The notes beneath the pieces were generated by a model. It was not told where the DNA came from, ran no database searches, and saw nothing but the letters and a program-made list of their open reading frames with translations. Below, piece by piece: positions 1-11,000 of a stretch of 64,000 bases of DNA. Within the stretch, counting starts at the first letter, position 1, and each line of letters starts with the position of its first letter. Location: assembly GCF_056746865.1 (NCBI RefSeq), contig NZ_CM163382.1; one strand, written 5' to 3'. Made by a program: the position numbers and the translations under genes.

Positions 1-283
1 CCGTAACCTGTGCCGATAACCGGGTCGCAGAAACGGGCAACCATTGCCCGTGACGACGCTGCATAAACTGGTAACCTGGCGGGTCGATTAGCACACCGAG
101 TGTTTGCCCTTCGATCACTGCCCTGTCCTTAAACTGCGCAAAGCGAGTCAGAAAATCCTGCGCCGCTTTTTTCGCAGGCGGCTCTGAAGCGGTCGCAAAC
201 GTCTGTACCACGCCCGCACTGGCAAGGCCGATAAGGAAAATCACCAGCATGATTTCCAGAAGTGTGAATCCGCGTTCAGGCAC
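1..283 (-). CDS. gspH: Type II secretion pseudopilin GspH, N-terminal part only (3' end lies beyond window start)
   Basis: Minus-strand frame open to window start; GTG at 283 directly after gspG stop; my translation VPERGFTLLEIMLVIFLIGLASAGVV shows prepilin leader, GFTLLE cleavage motif and hydrophobic helix; fits gsp operon order. Not in supplied ORF track. Confidence 0.55.
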   Translation of the reverse strand, partial: MPERGFTLLEIMLVIFLIGLASAGVVQTFATASEPPAKKAAQDFLTRFAQFKDRAVIEGQTLGVLIDPPGYQFMQRRHGQWLPVSATRLSAQVT

Positions 284-286
284 TGA

Positions 287-742
287 TTACTGAAACTCCT
301 GCAAATTCCAGTTACCGATATCTGCGCCAGCGCCCTCCCCGTTTTCCTGACCATCTGCTCCCAGGGTATAAACATCAAACAGCCCTTTTTCACCTGGGCT
401 GAGATACTGATAATCATTGCCCCACGGATCCTTTGGCAGTCGTTTGATGTATCCACCGGTACGGTAGTTGCGGGCGTCCGCCATATTGGCTGGCTGCTGG
501 ATCAGCGCCTCCAGTCCCTGTTCGGTGGTCGGATAACGCCCGTTATCCAGTCGGTACATATCCAGCGCATTCTCCAGCGCCACGATATCGCTGATGGCTT
601 TTTGCCGATCGGCTTTCTCTTTGTTGCCCAGCAGGTTAGGCACCACCAGACTTGCCAGGACGCCAAGAATAACAATCACCACCATCACTTCCAGCAGGGT
701 AAAACCTGCCCGTGGTTTTTGTGTGCGGGATAACGAATTCAT
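287..742 (-). CDS. gspG: Type II secretion major pseudopilin GspG
   Basis: ORF 287..769; internal ATG at 742 gives MNSLSRTQKPRAGFTLLEVMVVIVILGVLA, a classic type IV prepilin-like N-terminus. Confidence 0.9.
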   Translation of the reverse strand: MNSLSRTQKPRAGFTLLEVMVVIVILGVLASLVVPNLLGNKEKADRQKAISDIVALENALDMYRLDNGRYPTTEQGLEALIQQPANMADARNYRTGGYIKRLPKDPWGNDYQYLSPGEKGLFDVYTLGADGQENGEGAGADIGNWNLQEFQ

Positions 743-758
743 GTGATAACTCCGTAAA

Positions 759-1982
759 TTACATTCCAACCATATTGTTCAGTTGCAGCATCGGTTCGAG
801 GATGGCGATGACGATAAACAGCACCACACCCGCCATCATCACCACCAGCGCCGGCTCAAACAGCCCTAACGCCAGCCCCACCTGGGTATCAAATTCCCGT
901 TCCTGGTTGACCGCGGCCTGTTCAAGCATGGTTTCCAGCTCGCCGCTCTGTTCGCCGGAGGCGATCATGTACAGCATCATCGGTGGAAACAGGTGCAACT
1001 CCGCCAGCGCGGCGCGCAGGCTGCTTCCTTCGCGGACGCGATCTGCCGCCAGCAGCAGTTGTTGTTCGACATAGCGATTTGCCGACACGGCGGCGGCGGT
1101 CTGAATGCCTTCCAGCAGCGGAACACTGCTGGCGGTGAGGATGCTTAATGTGCGGGAAAAACGCGCCGTATTCAGTCCGCGCGCAACACGCCCCGTCACG
1201 GGCAGGCGCAGCAAGGTTTTATCCCAGCGCAGGCGCATCGCAGGATTTTTGAGTAGCCGTTGCCCCAGCACCAGAAGCCCCAGCAAACCCGCCAGCCAGT
1301 ACACGCCGCTGGCCTGTAACGCGTCGCTCATAGCGATGAGCATTCGGGTGGAGGCGGGTAGCGCGTGTCCGAGATGATCAAACTGTTCGATAATTTTCGG
1401 CACCACTGCCGTCAGCAAAATAGTGACTACGCCCGTTGCCACCACCAGCAGAACCAGCGGATAGAGCATGGCCTGCAGCAGGCGTGATTTCAGACGCTGC
1501 CGCTGTTCGGTGTAATCCGCCAGGCGATTGAGCACCACGTCGAGATGTCCGGATTTTTCTCCGGCAGCGACCATCGAACAAAACAGGGAGTCAAAGACGC
1601 GGGGATGTTCGCGCAGGCTGTCCGACAGGGTATAACCTTCCTGAATCCGGCTGCGCAGCGCCATTCCGAGGCTTTTTACATGCAGTTTTTCGCTTTGCTC
1701 ACTGACCGCCTGTAAGCAGGTTTCCAGCGGCATTGCTGCCTGCACCAGCGTTGCCAGTTGACGAGTGAACAGCGCCAGATCTGCTGCCGCCACGCGACGA
1801 TGTGCGTGCCGCCGACGCTGCAACATTCCCCCTGCCGATGCATTCATCCGGGCTTCAATGTGCACGGGAATGAGGTCTTTACCGCGCAACAATTGACGGG
1901 CATGACGCGCGGAATCCGCCTCAATCATGCCTTTGGTTTTGCGACCATTACGCTCCAGCGCCTGATAGTAAAACAGTGCCAT
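759..1982 (-). CDS. gspF: Type II secretion inner-membrane platform protein GspF
   Basis: 407-aa ORF with GspF/PilC-like polytopic membrane architecture; sits between gspG and gspE. Confidence 0.88.
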   Translation of the reverse strand: MALFYYQALERNGRKTKGMIEADSARHARQLLRGKDLIPVHIEARMNASAGGMLQRRRHAHRRVAAADLALFTRQLATLVQAAMPLETCLQAVSEQSEKLHVKSLGMALRSRIQEGYTLSDSLREHPRVFDSLFCSMVAAGEKSGHLDVVLNRLADYTEQRQRLKSRLLQAMLYPLVLLVVATGVVTILLTAVVPKIIEQFDHLGHALPASTRMLIAMSDALQASGVYWLAGLLGLLVLGQRLLKNPAMRLRWDKTLLRLPVTGRVARGLNTARFSRTLSILTASSVPLLEGIQTAAAVSANRYVEQQLLLAADRVREGSSLRAALAELHLFPPMMLYMIASGEQSGELETMLEQAAVNQEREFDTQVGLALGLFEPALVVMMAGVVLFIVIAILEPMLQLNNMVGM

Positions 1983-3475
1983 TACGCCTCCATGGTTACC
2001 CGCAGAACTTCATCGAGAGAGGTTTCTCCGGCGAGCACTTTCTCAATGCCGTTACTGCGGATACCCGCAGAGTGTTGCCGGACATAACGTTCCAGCTCCA
2101 GTTCCCCGGCCTGACGGTGGATCAAATCACGCAATGTGGCGTCTACCACGATCAGCTCATGGATGGCAGTACGTCCGCGAAAACCTTTGTGATTACAGGC
2201 GGGGCAGCCCTGCGGATGGTACAGCGTGACGGTTCGCGCATCGGTAATTCCCAGCAGGCGTTTTTCTTCGTCGGTGGCAGGCGCGGACTGGCGGCAATCG
2301 GGACACAGCGTGCGAACCAGTCGCTGCGCCATCACGCCCGTCAGACTGGAAGAGAGCAGGAAAGGCTCCACGCCCATATCCTGCAAACGCGTGATCGCCC
2401 CCACCGCTGTGTTGGTATGCAGCGTGGAAAGTACCAGGTGTCCGGTCAGTGAAGCCTGAACAGCGATTTCTGCGGTTTCGGTATCGCGGATTTCACCGAC
2501 CATCACCACATCCGGGTCCTGACGCAAAATTGCGCGCAGGCCACGGGCGAATGTCATGCCGACGCGGGTGTTAACCTGCGTCTGACCGATCCCGTCAATC
2601 ATGTATTCGATAGGGTCTTCAACCGTGAGAATGTTACGCGAGTGGTTGTTCAGCTCCTGCAATCCAGCGTACAGCGTGGTGCTTTTGCCGGAACCGGTCG
2701 GCCCCGTCACCAGAAAAATGCCGTGCGGTTTGTGTAACAGCTGGCGCAACTGCGCAGTCAGTTCGTGACTCAAACCAAGACGCTCCAGCGTCAGGCGAGC
2801 CTGGTTTTTGTCCAGCAGTCGCAGCACCACGCGTTCCCCCCAGGCAGAAGGCATGGTAGATACACGGACGTCAATCGCCCGACCGCCCAGCAGCAGCGCA
2901 ATACGGCCATCCTGCGGTACGCGCTTTTCGGCGATATCCAGTCGCGCCATCACCTTGATACGCGAGACCAGCAGCGAGGCCAGTTTACGACCGGGGCGCA
3001 ACATTTCATGTAATGTGCCGTCAACACGAAAACGGATCACCAGACTCTTTTCAAACGTCTCAATGTGGATATCCGAAGCGCCTTCTTTGATTGCCTCTGC
3101 CAGCATGGCGTTGATCAGTTTGATGATCGGCGCATCGTCGTCACTTTCCAGCAGATCTTCCGTTTCCGGCAGTTCTTCAGCGAGGGTAAAAAAGTCCTCG
3201 GCGGAACCGAGATCTTCCATCAGCTGGCGAGCTTCGGAAGAGTCCCGCTGCCAGACCGCATTCAGCCGCTGTTCAAATTCAGCCTCGTCGATTTGCCGCA
3301 GTGTAAAGGGCGCATTCAGCCCCCGCTGTAGCTCCTGTAAAACAGAGAGCGACAACGGATGAACATGGAGGATCTCCAGCGACGCTTCGCACCATGCCAC
3401 CAGGCTAAACCGACGGCTGAAACTGTAGGGCAGACGCACGGTGTTAGCGGTGGTTTCCTGTGCTACAGGCACCAT
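1982..3475 (-). CDS. gspE: Type II secretion ATPase GspE
   Basis: 497 aa; Walker [10 protein letters not shown]; tetracysteine motif CPDC...CPAC typical of GspE/PilB ATPases; start overlaps gspD stop. Confidence 0.92.
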   Translation of the reverse strand: MVPVAQETTANTVRLPYSFSRRFSLVAWCEASLEILHVHPLSLSVLQELQRGLNAPFTLRQIDEAEFEQRLNAVWQRDSSEARQLMEDLGSAEDFFTLAEELPETEDLLESDDDAPIIKLINAMLAEAIKEGASDIHIETFEKSLVIRFRVDGTLHEMLRPGRKLASLLVSRIKVMARLDIAEKRVPQDGRIALLLGGRAIDVRVSTMPSAWGERVVLRLLDKNQARLTLERLGLSHELTAQLRQLLHKPHGIFLVTGPTGSGKSTTLYAGLQELNNHSRNILTVEDPIEYMIDGIGQTQVNTRVGMTFARGLRAILRQDPDVVMVGEIRDTETAEIAVQASLTGHLVLSTLHTNTAVGAITRLQDMGVEPFLLSSSLTGVMAQRLVRTLCPDCRQSAPATDEEKRLLGITDARTVTLYHPQGCPACNHKGFRGRTAIHELIVVDATLRDLIHRQAGELELERYVRQHSAGIRSNGIEKVLAGETSLDEVLRVTMEA

Positions 3476-5535
3476 TAACGCGTTCTCCCGGCATTAAGAA
3501 ACGCACGAACTTCCGGCGGTAAGGCCTGATTTTGCGCTGGCAATATCGGCTGCGCGGTGTGCGGCATCAGGCTTAAGCCTTGCTCATCGCGGTAGATTTG
3601 CTCGGCGCGCATGTAGTTATATTTGCGCTGCGACACGCCGTCTGCCGCCATACCGTCACGCAGAATGGTCGGACGGATAAACACCATCAGGTTACGTTTT
3701 TCTTTTTTATCCGCCGTCGATTTAAACAGGTTACCAATCAATGGGATATCGCCCAGCAGCGGCACTTTCGCCACGCTTTCTCCCGCCTGGTCGTCCATCA
3801 GACCGCCAAGCACGATCAGCTCACCATCGTTAGCCAGCACGGTGGTTTTCAGTTTGCGCTCGCCAAACACGACATCGAGACTGGTCTGCCCTTCCACTTT
3901 CGAGACTTCCTGCTCAATCACCATCTGTACCGCGTTACCTTCGTTAATCTGCGGCGTGACTTTCAGCATGATGCCGACTTTTTTCCTCTCTACCGTATTG
4001 AAAGGATTGCTGTTATTGGAACCAACGGTAGAGCCGGTTAATACCGGAACGTCCTGGCCCACCATGAAGAAGGCTTCCTGGTTGTCCAGCGTGGTGATAC
4101 TCGGCGTGGAGAGCACGTTCGAGCTGGAGTCGTTTTTGACCGCCTGTACCAGCGCCATCCAGTCGCCTTTCACCACGCCAACCGCCGTACCGCTAAAGCC
4201 AGAAAGAAGCTGAGCGAGCGTGGAGAGATCGCCGTTAGTATCCGGATTTATGGTGGTAGCACCGTTTTCGCTGATCACCGTGGAACCTTTCTGCGGCTTG
4301 GCTGCAGAAATTGCTGCCCCCAGCGTACCAATAGGGATTTGCGTACCGTTGGCAAACTGCATTAATCCGGCATCTTTTGACCCCCACTGCACGCCGAAGT
4401 TGATATTGCTGCCTTCGGCAACTTCCACGATTAACGCCTCGACATGCACCTGAGCACGGCGAATATCCAGTTGTTCAATCACGCTTTGCAGCGACTGCAT
4501 GATGTCCTGCGGCGCGGTAACAATCAGGGCATTACTGTGTTTGCTGGCGGCGATGGAGACAACCTCACGCCCGCTACCAACCGTGCCTTCCGCCTCTTCT
4601 TTAGCCGCCGTGAGCGTACCGCTGACCTGCTTCAGCACATCGACCAGATCTTCGGCTTTGCTGTATTTGAGATAGAACACCTGGCTGTTGCCGCTGCGCT
4701 CCATTTCTGAATCCAGCCGACGGATCAGACGGCGCATTTTGTCTCGCGTGGCGGGGTCACCACTGACAATCACGCTGTTGGTGCGTTCATCGGCGACAAT
4801 TTGAGATTTCAGCGTTGCTGGCTGGTTCTCGCCGCTGTTTTTGGTCAGGCTTTCCAGCACGCGGGCAATTTCCGAGGCTGAGGCGTTATCCAGCGGGATC
4901 ACCTCTTCGGTGCGATTACCCGCGTGATCCACGCGCTGGATCACTTCCGTCAGGCGCTCCACAACTGAGGCGCGTCCGGTAAGCATAATCACGTTGGAGG
5001 GATCGTAATTAACAACGTTGCCTGAGCCTGCGCTGTCAATCATCTGGCGCAGAATCGGTGCCAGCTCGCGTACTGACACATTACGTACCGGCACTACTTT
5101 GGTGACCATTTCATCGCCCGCGTAGTTGTCGCTGCCTTCACCGACCAGCGGCAGCGGCTCGACTTTCGCAGCGCTGGATTTCACCACCTTCAGCACGTCG
5201 TTTTCCATCGGTACGACGGCATACCCCTGTGCTTCCAGCAGGTTAAGGAATAGCTGGTAATACTGGCGTTCATTGAGCGGGGTCATGGTGCGAATACTCA
5301 CTTTCCCCTGTACGCCCGGCCCCATAATGATGGTTTTATTAAGGTTAGCGCCGACGGTTTCGATGAACGATTTCAGGTCGGTATCTTTAAAATTAGCGGT
5401 GAAAGTGGCTTCTTCCGCCCAGACCGGTGAACTGCATAATGCCGCTGCCAGCACCAGCGGCAGTAAACGCTTTTTTGTTTTGAGGCCAGTTGTCTTCTTA
5501 CGCCAGACCGACAACGTAATATCACGCCAAAACAC
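3475..5535 (-). CDS. gspD: Type II secretion outer-membrane secretin GspD
   Basis: 686-aa ORF with N-terminal signal-like segment, large secretin-like protein; operon position. Exact start uncertain. Confidence 0.88.
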   Translation of the reverse strand: MFWRDITLSVWRKKTTGLKTKKRLLPLVLAAALCSSPVWAEEATFTANFKDTDLKSFIETVGANLNKTIIMGPGVQGKVSIRTMTPLNERQYYQLFLNLLEAQGYAVVPMENDVLKVVKSSAAKVEPLPLVGEGSDNYAGDEMVTKVVPVRNVSVRELAPILRQMIDSAGSGNVVNYDPSNVIMLTGRASVVERLTEVIQRVDHAGNRTEEVIPLDNASASEIARVLESLTKNSGENQPATLKSQIVADERTNSVIVSGDPATRDKMRRLIRRLDSEMERSGNSQVFYLKYSKAEDLVDVLKQVSGTLTAAKEEAEGTVGSGREVVSIAASKHSNALIVTAPQDIMQSLQSVIEQLDIRRAQVHVEALIVEVAEGSNINFGVQWGSKDAGLMQFANGTQIPIGTLGAAISAAKPQKGSTVISENGATTINPDTNGDLSTLAQLLSGFSGTAVGVVKGDWMALVQAVKNDSSSNVLSTPSITTLDNQEAFFMVGQDVPVLTGSTVGSNNSNPFNTVERKKVGIMLKVTPQINEGNAVQMVIEQEVSKVEGQTSLDVVFGERKLKTTVLANDGELIVLGGLMDDQAGESVAKVPLLGDIPLIGNLFKSTADKKEKRNLMVFIRPTILRDGMAADGVSQRKYNYMRAEQIYRDEQGLSLMPHTAQPILPAQNQALPPEVRAFLNAGRTR

Positions 5536-5564
5536 GATGAATGATTCTCCTGGATTAAATGCGG

Positions 5565-6524
5565 TTAGCGCAGCGCGATGGAAATGTCGTGGCGCGCACC
5601 CTTGCGTAAAACCGTAAGTTGAATGGAATCCATTGAAGGTAACTGCCGCATCAGAGCAATCATTGCTCGTGGATCAGTGAAATCCTGCTGATTTAGCGCA
5701 ATGGCGATATCGCCTTCCTTGAAACCGCTGGCATCGAACAGAGAACGATCTGCCCCCGGCTTCACTGCATAACCGACAATCCCCTCCTTACGCACAGGCG
5801 TAAGCTGGATATAGTTAAAAATTTTCTGCGGATCTTTCGTCAGTGCCTGACGCACGGCAGTCGGGATCTCAACTGGCGCACTGGCAGCAGGCTCAGCAAC
5901 AGCTTGCTTTGCTTCGTCACTGACGGCTTTTTTGTTGGTCACGGCTACGGTGGAATGCCCCTCTTCTGCCAGGCTCAGGCGCTCTATTTTTCCCTGATAG
6001 CGCAGCATCACATGGTCGCGGTTGATTTCCTCAATCACCGCGTTGTGAGAACCAAGCCGTTCCCCCTGCAAATAGACCTGCTGTTTGCCACCTTCTTCAA
6101 TAACCGCGCCGGGTCTGGCACCAAAGGCGATCCCACGCAACACCACATTAAGACGCGTTTCTGCCACAGGCACAGGTTCGGGTTGTTTTACCGGCGTGGC
6201 GACGGGCTGATATTTGCCAAACCAGTTTTGCTGGCTGATTAATTGCACGTCATTTTTATCGAACGTTTTTGCATCCGCACGGGGCGGTTTATTCGCCGAT
6301 GGGGAAACAGCCGTATATTCCGCAGAAAAGGAGAAATAGCGCCAGAGTGAATACGCCATTTTTGCAGAAATAATAAGCAGCATCAGCCAGAACATCCCGC
6401 GTGCAATTTTGCGCAGATGCTCTTTGTCTGTATTAAGAGATTGTCTCTGGTTAAGAGTGTGACGAATTTTTGTCAGCCATTGAATGAGATAAATTCGTGC
6501 GTCACGAAAAACAACCCGCGCCAA
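5565..6524 (-). CDS. gspC: Type II secretion protein GspC (yghF-like)
   Basis: 319-aa ORF with one N-terminal hydrophobic segment and periplasmic C-terminus; upstream of gspD. Start codon uncertain. Confidence 0.7.
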   Translation of the reverse strand: MARVVFRDARIYLIQWLTKIRHTLNQRQSLNTDKEHLRKIARGMFWLMLLIISAKMAYSLWRYFSFSAEYTAVSPSANKPPRADAKTFDKNDVQLISQQNWFGKYQPVATPVKQPEPVPVAETRLNVVLRGIAFGARPGAVIEEGGKQQVYLQGERLGSHNAVIEEINRDHVMLRYQGKIERLSLAEEGHSTVAVTNKKAVSDEAKQAVAEPAASAPVEIPTAVRQALTKDPQKIFNYIQLTPVRKEGIVGYAVKPGADRSLFDASGFKEGDIAIALNQQDFTDPRAMIALMRQLPSMDSIQLTVLRKGARHDISIALR

Positions 6525-6541
6525 TTTATATCTACCCGACG

Positions 6542-6952
6542 TTATGCTTTGACTATTCCACAGGTGGTACGATCCAGTTTCCGCTGATACTGGTTACCTG
6601 TACGTGTATCATTAATCGTTATGCTGTAATTAATTCCCTCAGTGAGCATTAATTTCACCGTTGGGTCATTGCACATTTGTCGTTGATAGCTGGTTAAAAA
6701 GGCGTCAGGCGTCTGCGTGGTCTGAGTCCCCGCTTCGCTGATAATGGTCATTTTTACCGTCGTGCCGCTACTTTGTGCCAGCACTAAGGTATATCCCGCA
6801 GATTTAATCGGCAGGTTTTGGCTGATATTTTGCGCCTGTTTTTTCGCCAGTAAACTGGCATTTTCATTATGGCTGGCACAGCCACTTAATAATCCTGTAA
6901 CGCTCAACAATAGCGATATTAATACCCTCCCTGGCATTTGTTTTATCGACAT
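6542..6952 (-). CDS. yghG: Small lipoprotein, probable T2SS secretin pilotin (YghG/AspS-like)
   Basis: 136 aa; signal peptide with lipobox LLSGC; conserved position between pppA and gspC. Confidence 0.75.
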   Translation of the reverse strand: MSIKQMPGRVLISLLLSVTGLLSGCASHNENASLLAKKQAQNISQNLPIKSAGYTLVLAQSSGTTVKMTIISEAGTQTTQTPDAFLTSYQRQMCNDPTVKLMLTEGINYSITINDTRTGNQYQRKLDRTTCGIVKA

Positions 6953-7017
6953 GGTAAATAATCTCTAAGGTTATTAATAAGAGTTAAAATGTCACTTTGA
7001 TAATGACGTTGTTATCA

Positions 7018-7827
7018 TTAAAACAATGCCTGTAGATAAATTGTTGCTATACCGCCCAGACTTAAACACGGTCCAAAAGGCAGTGTGGTTGATCCTCTTT
7101 TTGTAATAACGGCATATATCAGGCCGCAGCATGATGCGATTAAAGCAACATTGGGTAGCGACAACGGCCCCACCCAACTACCTAACGCAGCGAACAATAA
7201 TACATCGCCCATGCCTAATGCTTCTTTACGCAGAACTATTCCGGCTATCCAGCGCAGGGAGTAAAAAGCGATAAACCCCACCAGGACGCCGGTAACTGCA
7301 TCTTGTAGCGTGAGCGGGCTCTGCTGCGCCCATGCCGCACTCAGTCCCGTCCACAATACGCCCTGAGTAAAAACATCGGGCAGCCATTGGTGATCGAGGT
7401 CAATGACGCTCGCGGCAATCAGCCAGGCGGATAATATCATCACCGCCAGCGCCCATCCACTTTCCGGCCAGACCAGACTCGCCAGCAAAAAAGCGAGTGC
7501 CGTCAATAACTCCACCAGCGGATAACGCTTGCTGATTTTCGCCTGACAGTCGCGGCAGCGCCCTTTGAGCATCAGCCAGGAGAACAGCGGAATATTGTCA
7601 CGAACGCGGATGGTCTGCTGACAATGTGGACAGTGCGAACGTGGCAGCGCCAGGCTTATTTTTGACTGCGCACTCGGCATTTCACCGTGAAACTCCGCCA
7701 TTTGTTGGCGCAGCATGATGGGGTAACGCCAAATCACCACATTCAAAAAACTACCTATAATCAATCCTCCGACGGTTGCCAGGACGGGCATCGCCGCAGG
7801 GTATTGCTGAAAAACATCAAAAAGCAT
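7018..7827 (-). CDS. pppA: Prepilin leader peptidase / N-methyltransferase (GspO family)
   Basis: 269-aa polytopic membrane protein with cytoplasmic Cys cluster (CPHCQ...CRDC) typical of PilD/GspO peptidases. Confidence 0.85.
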   Translation of the reverse strand: MLFDVFQQYPAAMPVLATVGGLIIGSFLNVVIWRYPIMLRQQMAEFHGEMPSAQSKISLALPRSHCPHCQQTIRVRDNIPLFSWLMLKGRCRDCQAKISKRYPLVELLTALAFLLASLVWPESGWALAVMILSAWLIAASVIDLDHQWLPDVFTQGVLWTGLSAAWAQQSPLTLQDAVTGVLVGFIAFYSLRWIAGIVLRKEALGMGDVLLFAALGSWVGPLSLPNVALIASCCGLIYAVITKRGSTTLPFGPCLSLGGIATIYLQALF

Positions 7828-7854
7828 GGCTAAAGGTTATTTGTTGTAACTTGC

Positions 7855-8024
7855 TGGATGCGGCGTAAAACGCCTTATCCGTCCTACGGGTGTCTGCCAG
7901 CGCAAATAATCGCGGCTTTCCCCGTCTGTAGGCCCGATAAGCAGGCGCATCGGGCAAATGTGTTAACCCGGTGCGCCTTATTTCATGCCGGATGCGGCGC
8001 GAGCGCCTTATCCGGCCTACGGGC
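7855..8024. repeat. Cluster of REP (repetitive extragenic palindromic) elements / BIME
   Basis: Repeated GCCTTATCCG(G/T)CCTACG and GCCGGATGCGGCG motifs in alternating orientation between pppA and yghJ. Confidence 0.7.
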
Positions 8025-11000
8025 TTACTCGGCAGACATCTTATGCTCGGTAACCTGATTAATGGTTTCCGGTCCCTGTTCCGGTTTCGGCAGATCGAGT
8101 GACGCGAGCGTGTTGTAAGCCGACTGGCTCACACCGCCCTCGAAGCTCATCTCGCTCGCCCCCGGCAGCTGGTAAGCATTCGCGCCCGGATTCCATTTCT
8201 TAAAGAACTCCGAAAGATCCGTCTGGGCGACCCAGGAGGCACACAGCATCAGCGTGTCCGCTGCGTTACCGTTGGATTCAGCACAGTAATTCTTGCCGCC
8301 AAACTTGTCATTGCTGACCTCATCGCCGCGTGCTTTACGATGCATCAACTGGAACAGGTTCCAGCCTTTCATCCCTTCACGCTCGCTGTAAAACTCTGGC
8401 AGAGGAGTGCCATCTGGATACCATTTCTTGATATCAAAGTTTTTCTCTGCCCATTCCTTCAGCTGTGCGTACATCAGCAGACGGTCACCCGCACCGCCGC
8501 GTGCCCATGCCTGGTTGTTGCTCTCCTCCAGATATTCCGGTGCGACGGTAATATCGTCAGCGACACGGTTCATCTTGCCGAGATAACGATCCTGCATGTA
8601 CAGCGCCAGCACGTTGTTAGCGACTTCAGTTGCACCCGGTACAGTCAACGGCGTTTCTGCGGCGTTATGACCGACTTCATGCCAGATCAGCCAGTCGTTC
8701 AGCGGCGTCGTCGGCAGCGTGGTGCTGTTCGGCGAGAAGCTGCTGTTCATCACCGGATAACCAGAGTGCGCATCACCGATGGAGATCTGCACATCGTTGG
8801 TGAAACGATGTTTGTGGCCCGGCAAGTTTTTATAGGTAAACATCCGGTGCTTACCGTCTTCGCTATCACGGCCGTAGAAGTCATTCATCGAGCTGGCAAA
8901 GGTATCCAGATCGTTAGCGAATTGCTCCAGTCCGCCAGTGTAATTGCTGGCATTCAGGTTCTTCTTCGGTGTGGTATAGACGAAAGCGTCTGATTCCAGC
9001 TCACCCAGCGGAGCCGGTGAGTTCAGATCGTTTTTCCATGCGCCGTCTTTATAGAACGGTGCTTTTACCACGCCAGTAAAGGTGAAGCTGGCAGATTCAT
9101 TGGTAGAGCTATTGCCCTTGATATAAATCAGGCCACCGTAAGGCACCTTGAACTTCACCGTACCGCTAGCGTCCAGAGAGTACGTTTTAGTCACTCTTGG
9201 CGGACGGTTCAGCGCAACTTCATGCTTCTCACGTCCGGTCAGGTCGTCAGCCAGCGCCACGGTGACGGTCACAGGAACGTTCGCATTGGACTTAATGGTG
9301 ACCTCTTTCTGAGCCGGTGCCCACAGGCCAGTTGACTGCATGTTACCTGCAAACCATTTGGTCGGATTCGAGTACAGGCTGATGGTTTCAGTAACGTTCT
9401 GTCCCTCTTCCGATACTGCTCCCGGATACTTCTCGACATCAACTTTGATGTTCAGATCCCACCAGGAACGGCCCAGCATCAGGCGTGTCAGCGGTTTTTC
9501 CATATAGTTGAGCGGGTAGCTCGGGTTCATCATGCCCGCTTTGCTGCTACCGTCACCGTAGATCATGTTGTTATCGACCAGCGATTTTTTCAGATCTGCA
9601 GAACACTTGGTGCCGCCTGCATAGGCATCATTGGCGTAGCAGTTCAGGAACTCGGTGAACGTTTTAAAGCCCAGCTCGTCATTTTTGCCTTCTTCATAAC
9701 GATAGCTCGTATCGTTCCACAGCCAGACCGACATGTTCTGGTACAGACGTTCCAGATCGACGCTGCTCAGACGCTCACCTTTGCGACCATTGGTCCGGAA
9801 GTAGAGCTCATGCTGATACAGACGCTGAATGTTGGTGCCTAAATCCGCAGCCTGCACCATCGCTTTTGCAGTGTCGGCGTTAAGGCTTAGTTGCGTATAC
9901 TGTGGAACATACATGCCACCAGTAACCGGAACCCCCGTGCCAGGACGATATTCCAGGCAGTTGACCTCATAGTGATATGCCGGATTAGTACACTCTTTCA
10001 GCCCCGGGAACGCGGCGAAAATTTTCTCCTTCGCAGCCTTCAGAGAATCCTCTGTTTTATGATCGGCCTCATCAATAAAGGCATAACGCGTTTCCTGTTT
10101 GCCATCTACATCTTCCAGCCAGCTGGCAACTTCCAGCTTCGGTTTGTCATCAGGTTTGTTTTCTACCTGATATTTCCACTTAACTTCCCCTGTCTTACTA
10201 TCGATGGTGTACGGCAGCGCACCATCTACGGCAGGATAACGTTCATAGACCCAAATGCCCGTTGCGCGCTGCTGACGAACGCGGTTCGGATACCCTTGCG
10301 GATCGTTATTTACTACCGACTTGTTCAGTGCCATCGACAGACCTGCGGCATCCAACAGACGCACAAAACCAGACGCGCTCTCTTCCTTAAGATTGCTCAT
10401 CACGTTTTCCATGATCAGCACCGATCCACCTTTGTTCAGATAGGCGATCAGATCGGTCACATCCTGCTGAGTCAGCTTCGGTTTGCTGGTATCTGCACGC
10501 AGCGGGATTGCATAAGGATCGTTACCCACCTGAGTCACATATTCAAAGCCGTTAAGGATCAGCAGCGGCATTTCCTGCGGATCGAGATCGCCATAGCTAC
10601 TTAAATGCTCAACAGAGATGCCCGCAAAATCCGGATGGAAGTCGAACGCAGCGCTGTTTCCTGTAACCTGACCATGACGTTTAAAATAGACAGTATCCAG
10701 GTTGGTGCCTACGGTCATGCTGGCTTTCGCGTCCGGCTTCCATTTATCGTCGGACAGATAGCGCAGCACGTTCTCCATGAAGTTCTTCATGTCATCCGGG
10801 TCGCTGTTGAGCGTACACTGCCCATCTTTATTAACGCCCCCGTTCCAGCTGTAACCGTTCGGGCAACGCAAAATGCTGTTGTAGTGTGGGTTACCGATAA
10901 CCATCAGTTTGCCCTCACCGACTTGCCCCAGCGAAATAAACGGCAGGTTAAAGGTGGCGGTATCGCGCGTAACGTTTTCCGGCTCAACAAGAGAAGGCGC

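Noticed and set aside
7855..8024. Possible CRISPR array at the REP-rich intergenic regions (also 40285..40385 and 51975..52200)
   Set aside because: Repeats are imperfect palindromic REP/BIME units in alternating orientation without regularly spaced unique spacers and with no cas genes nearby.
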